DNA from: Burkholderiales bacterium
GTDB lineage: Bacteria > Pseudomonadota > Gammaproteobacteria > Burkholderiales > Burkholderiaceae_F
Assembly: GCA_900290335.1 (NCBI GenBank)
Contig: OKRD01000013.1
Coordinates: forward strand, 23,329 to 87,328
Direction: 5' to 3'
Length of the DNA: 64,000 nt
Part shown: piece after piece, positions 62,523 to 64,000 of the stretch
Position numbering within the stretch: position 1 is the first letter of the stretch
Layout: each line of letters opens with the position of its first letter
The notes under the pieces: generated by a model
What the model saw: the letters and a program-made list of their open reading frames with translations, nothing else
Database searches by the model: none
Told to the model about the DNA's origin: nothing
Translations under genes and position numbers: made by a program

Positions 62523-63236
62523 TTGCGCCTCGCGGTGATCATCCCGATCCACAATCGGGCGGCGACGATAGAACAGAGCCTGCGGGCGCTCGATGGTCTG
62601 CGCCGGCGTGGCCACCGTGTCATCGTCGTAGACGGCGGCAGCAGCGACGAGAGCACGGTGCGCGCGAGCACCTTGGCCGATAGGGTTCTGGCCGCGCCGC
62701 GGGGTTTGTCCCTGCAACTAAACGCCGGCAGCCGGGTGCCGGAAGCCGAGCAGGCCGACGCACTGGTATTCCTGCCCGAGGCCGTGCGCCTGCCGGCGCA
62801 GGCGGACCGCGCGATCGTGCGCGCCCTTTCCAACTCGACCAGCCCCTGGGGCCGCTTTGACGTGTCCTTCGACCACCCGCACGGTGGCGCCCGCGCGCCG
62901 CTGCGGCTGGCGGCGGCTCTGGCCAACTGGTGTTCGCGCGCCACCGGCATCTGTACTTGGGAACAGGTGATCTTCGTTGCCCGTTCCGCCTTTCTTGCGC
63001 TGGACGGCTTTTCGGGCCCGGACGCATCCGCGGATATCGAATTTTCCCGTCGGGCGCGCCAGCTCGGCGCGCCCATCGTTGTGCGCGAGCGTGCCGTGGT
63101 TTGCGCCGCCGACCCCGGCCTGCCGGCCGTGGTGCGCTCGGCCCTGCACCGGGAGAGGCGGCGGCTCCTTTACGCGCTCGGCTTCGATGGGACGGCGCGC
63201 GGGCCGCTCTCCCGGCGACAGTCTGGAAGCCGCTGA
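62523..63236 (+). CDS. Glycosyltransferase family 2-like protein (TIGR04283-like) with degenerate motifs
   Basis: VIIP..N, VIVVDGGSSD, R..QLNAG and WGRFDV are present, but the HAD, GDQ and ED motifs are replaced. Confidence 0.75.
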   Translation: MRLAVIIPIHNRAATIEQSLRALDGLRRRGHRVIVVDGGSSDESTVRASTLADRVLAAPRGLSLQLNAGSRVPEAEQADALVFLPEAVRLPAQADRAIVRALSNSTSPWGRFDVSFDHPHGGARAPLRLAAALANWCSRATGICTWEQVIFVARSAFLALDGFSGPDASADIEFSRRARQLGAPIVVRERAVVCAADPGLPAVVRSALHRERRRLLYALGFDGTARGPLSRRQSGSR

Positions 63237-63308
63237 CGCGTGCCGGGCGCACGGACGCGGTCGGTCGCGCGGTCGCCGACGGCTGCGCCGCTACAATGCG
63301 CCTCGACC

Positions 63309-64000
63309 ATGGACAAAAAGGCACCCCAAAAAGAGCACGCCGCCGCTGCGACCAACTTCCTTCGCAACATCATTGCCCATGATCTGGCGGCCGACCGCTT
63401 TGCGAGGCGGCGCTGGAACGGTGGGCCCGGCGACGGCGATTTCCAGCACCGCGGCGCCATCGACGCGGCACGGATTCGCACCCGGTTCCCGCCCGAGCCC
63501 AACGGCTATCTTCACCTAGGACATGCAAAGTCGATCTTCCTGAATTTCGGCCTGGCGCGGGACTTCCACGGCCGCTGCCACATGCGCTTTGACGACACCA
63601 ATCCGACGCGCGAAGAGCAGGAGTACGTCGATTCCATCCTCGAGGCCGTGCGCTGGCTCGGTTTTGACTGGGCCGACGCCACGCAGGACAACCTGTACTT
63701 TGCCTCCGACTACTTCGAAGGCCTGTACGAATGCGCCGAATTCCTGATTGCGCGTGGCCACGCCTACGTCGACCAGTTAAGCGCCGAGGAGATGCGTCTG
63801 GCCCGCGGAACGCTGACGGAACCGGGACGCGATTCCCCGTACCGCGACCGCCCGCCAGCGCAGAGCCTGCAGCTGCTGCGTCAGATGCGCGCCGGCCAGC
63901 ACCCGGAAGGCAGCATGGTGTTGCGGGCGCGGATCGACATGACCTCGCCCAATATCAATCTGCGCGATCCGGCGCTGTACCGCATCCGGTTCGCACACCA
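63309..64000 (+). CDS. glnS: Glutamine--tRNA ligase (runs off the right edge)
   Basis: Manual translation gives [22 protein letters not shown]...[45 protein letters not shown] -10 box TACAAT lies upstream. Confidence 0.96.
   Translation, partial: MDKKAPQKEHAAAATNFLRNIIAHDLAADRFARRRWNGGPGDGDFQHRGAIDAARIRTRFPPEPNGYLHLGHAKSIFLNFGLARDFHGRCHMRFDDTNPTREEQEYVDSILEAVRWLGFDWADATQDNLYFASDYFEGLYECAEFLIARGHAYVDQLSAEEMRLARGTLTEPGRDSPYRDRPPAQSLQLLRQMRAGQHPEGSMVLRARIDMTSPNINLRDPALYRIRFAH

Overview
GC-rich chromosomal window, most likely from a Burkholderiales (Betaproteobacteria) genome judging by gene content and order. It is mostly housekeeping DNA. In order: a form II cox-like molybdoenzyme cluster (coxS-L-M-D-E, with divergent xdhC), apbC, metG, putA, scpA, the hrcA-hemH-grpE-dnaK-dnaJ heat-shock block, nadK-recN, fur/bamE-dapB, a cobalamin-riboswitch-controlled btuBCD importer, zapB-like/zapA/6S RNA/EVE, lgt, ilvD, lptFG, pepA-holC-(X)-valS, alaS, hemN/fnr, ugpQ, a GGT-family gene, an ECF sigma/anti-sigma pair and the start of glnS. 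I saw no tRNA, rRNA, CRISPR array, integrase or IS. The best leads are four. (1) The uncharacterised gene between holC and valS has PopZ-like architecture, a PopZ-like C-terminal helix and popZ-like position next to valS, so it may be a betaproteobacterial polar scaffold. (2) A three-gene cyclic-nucleotide module between EVE and lgt encodes an exported protein, a CHASE2 cyclase with a non-canonical purine-specificity residue and a divergent Crp with an altered recognition helix. (3) A mini acyl-chain operon combines a Cys-nucleophile alpha/beta hydrolase (frameshifted here), an ACP, a FabF-like synthase and ugpQ. (4) Several degenerate genes lie near the right end, including a dehydrogenase with a precise microhomology-type in-frame deletion and a GT2 lacking its catalytic motifs. 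All family assignments come from motif recognition by eye, not from database searches.
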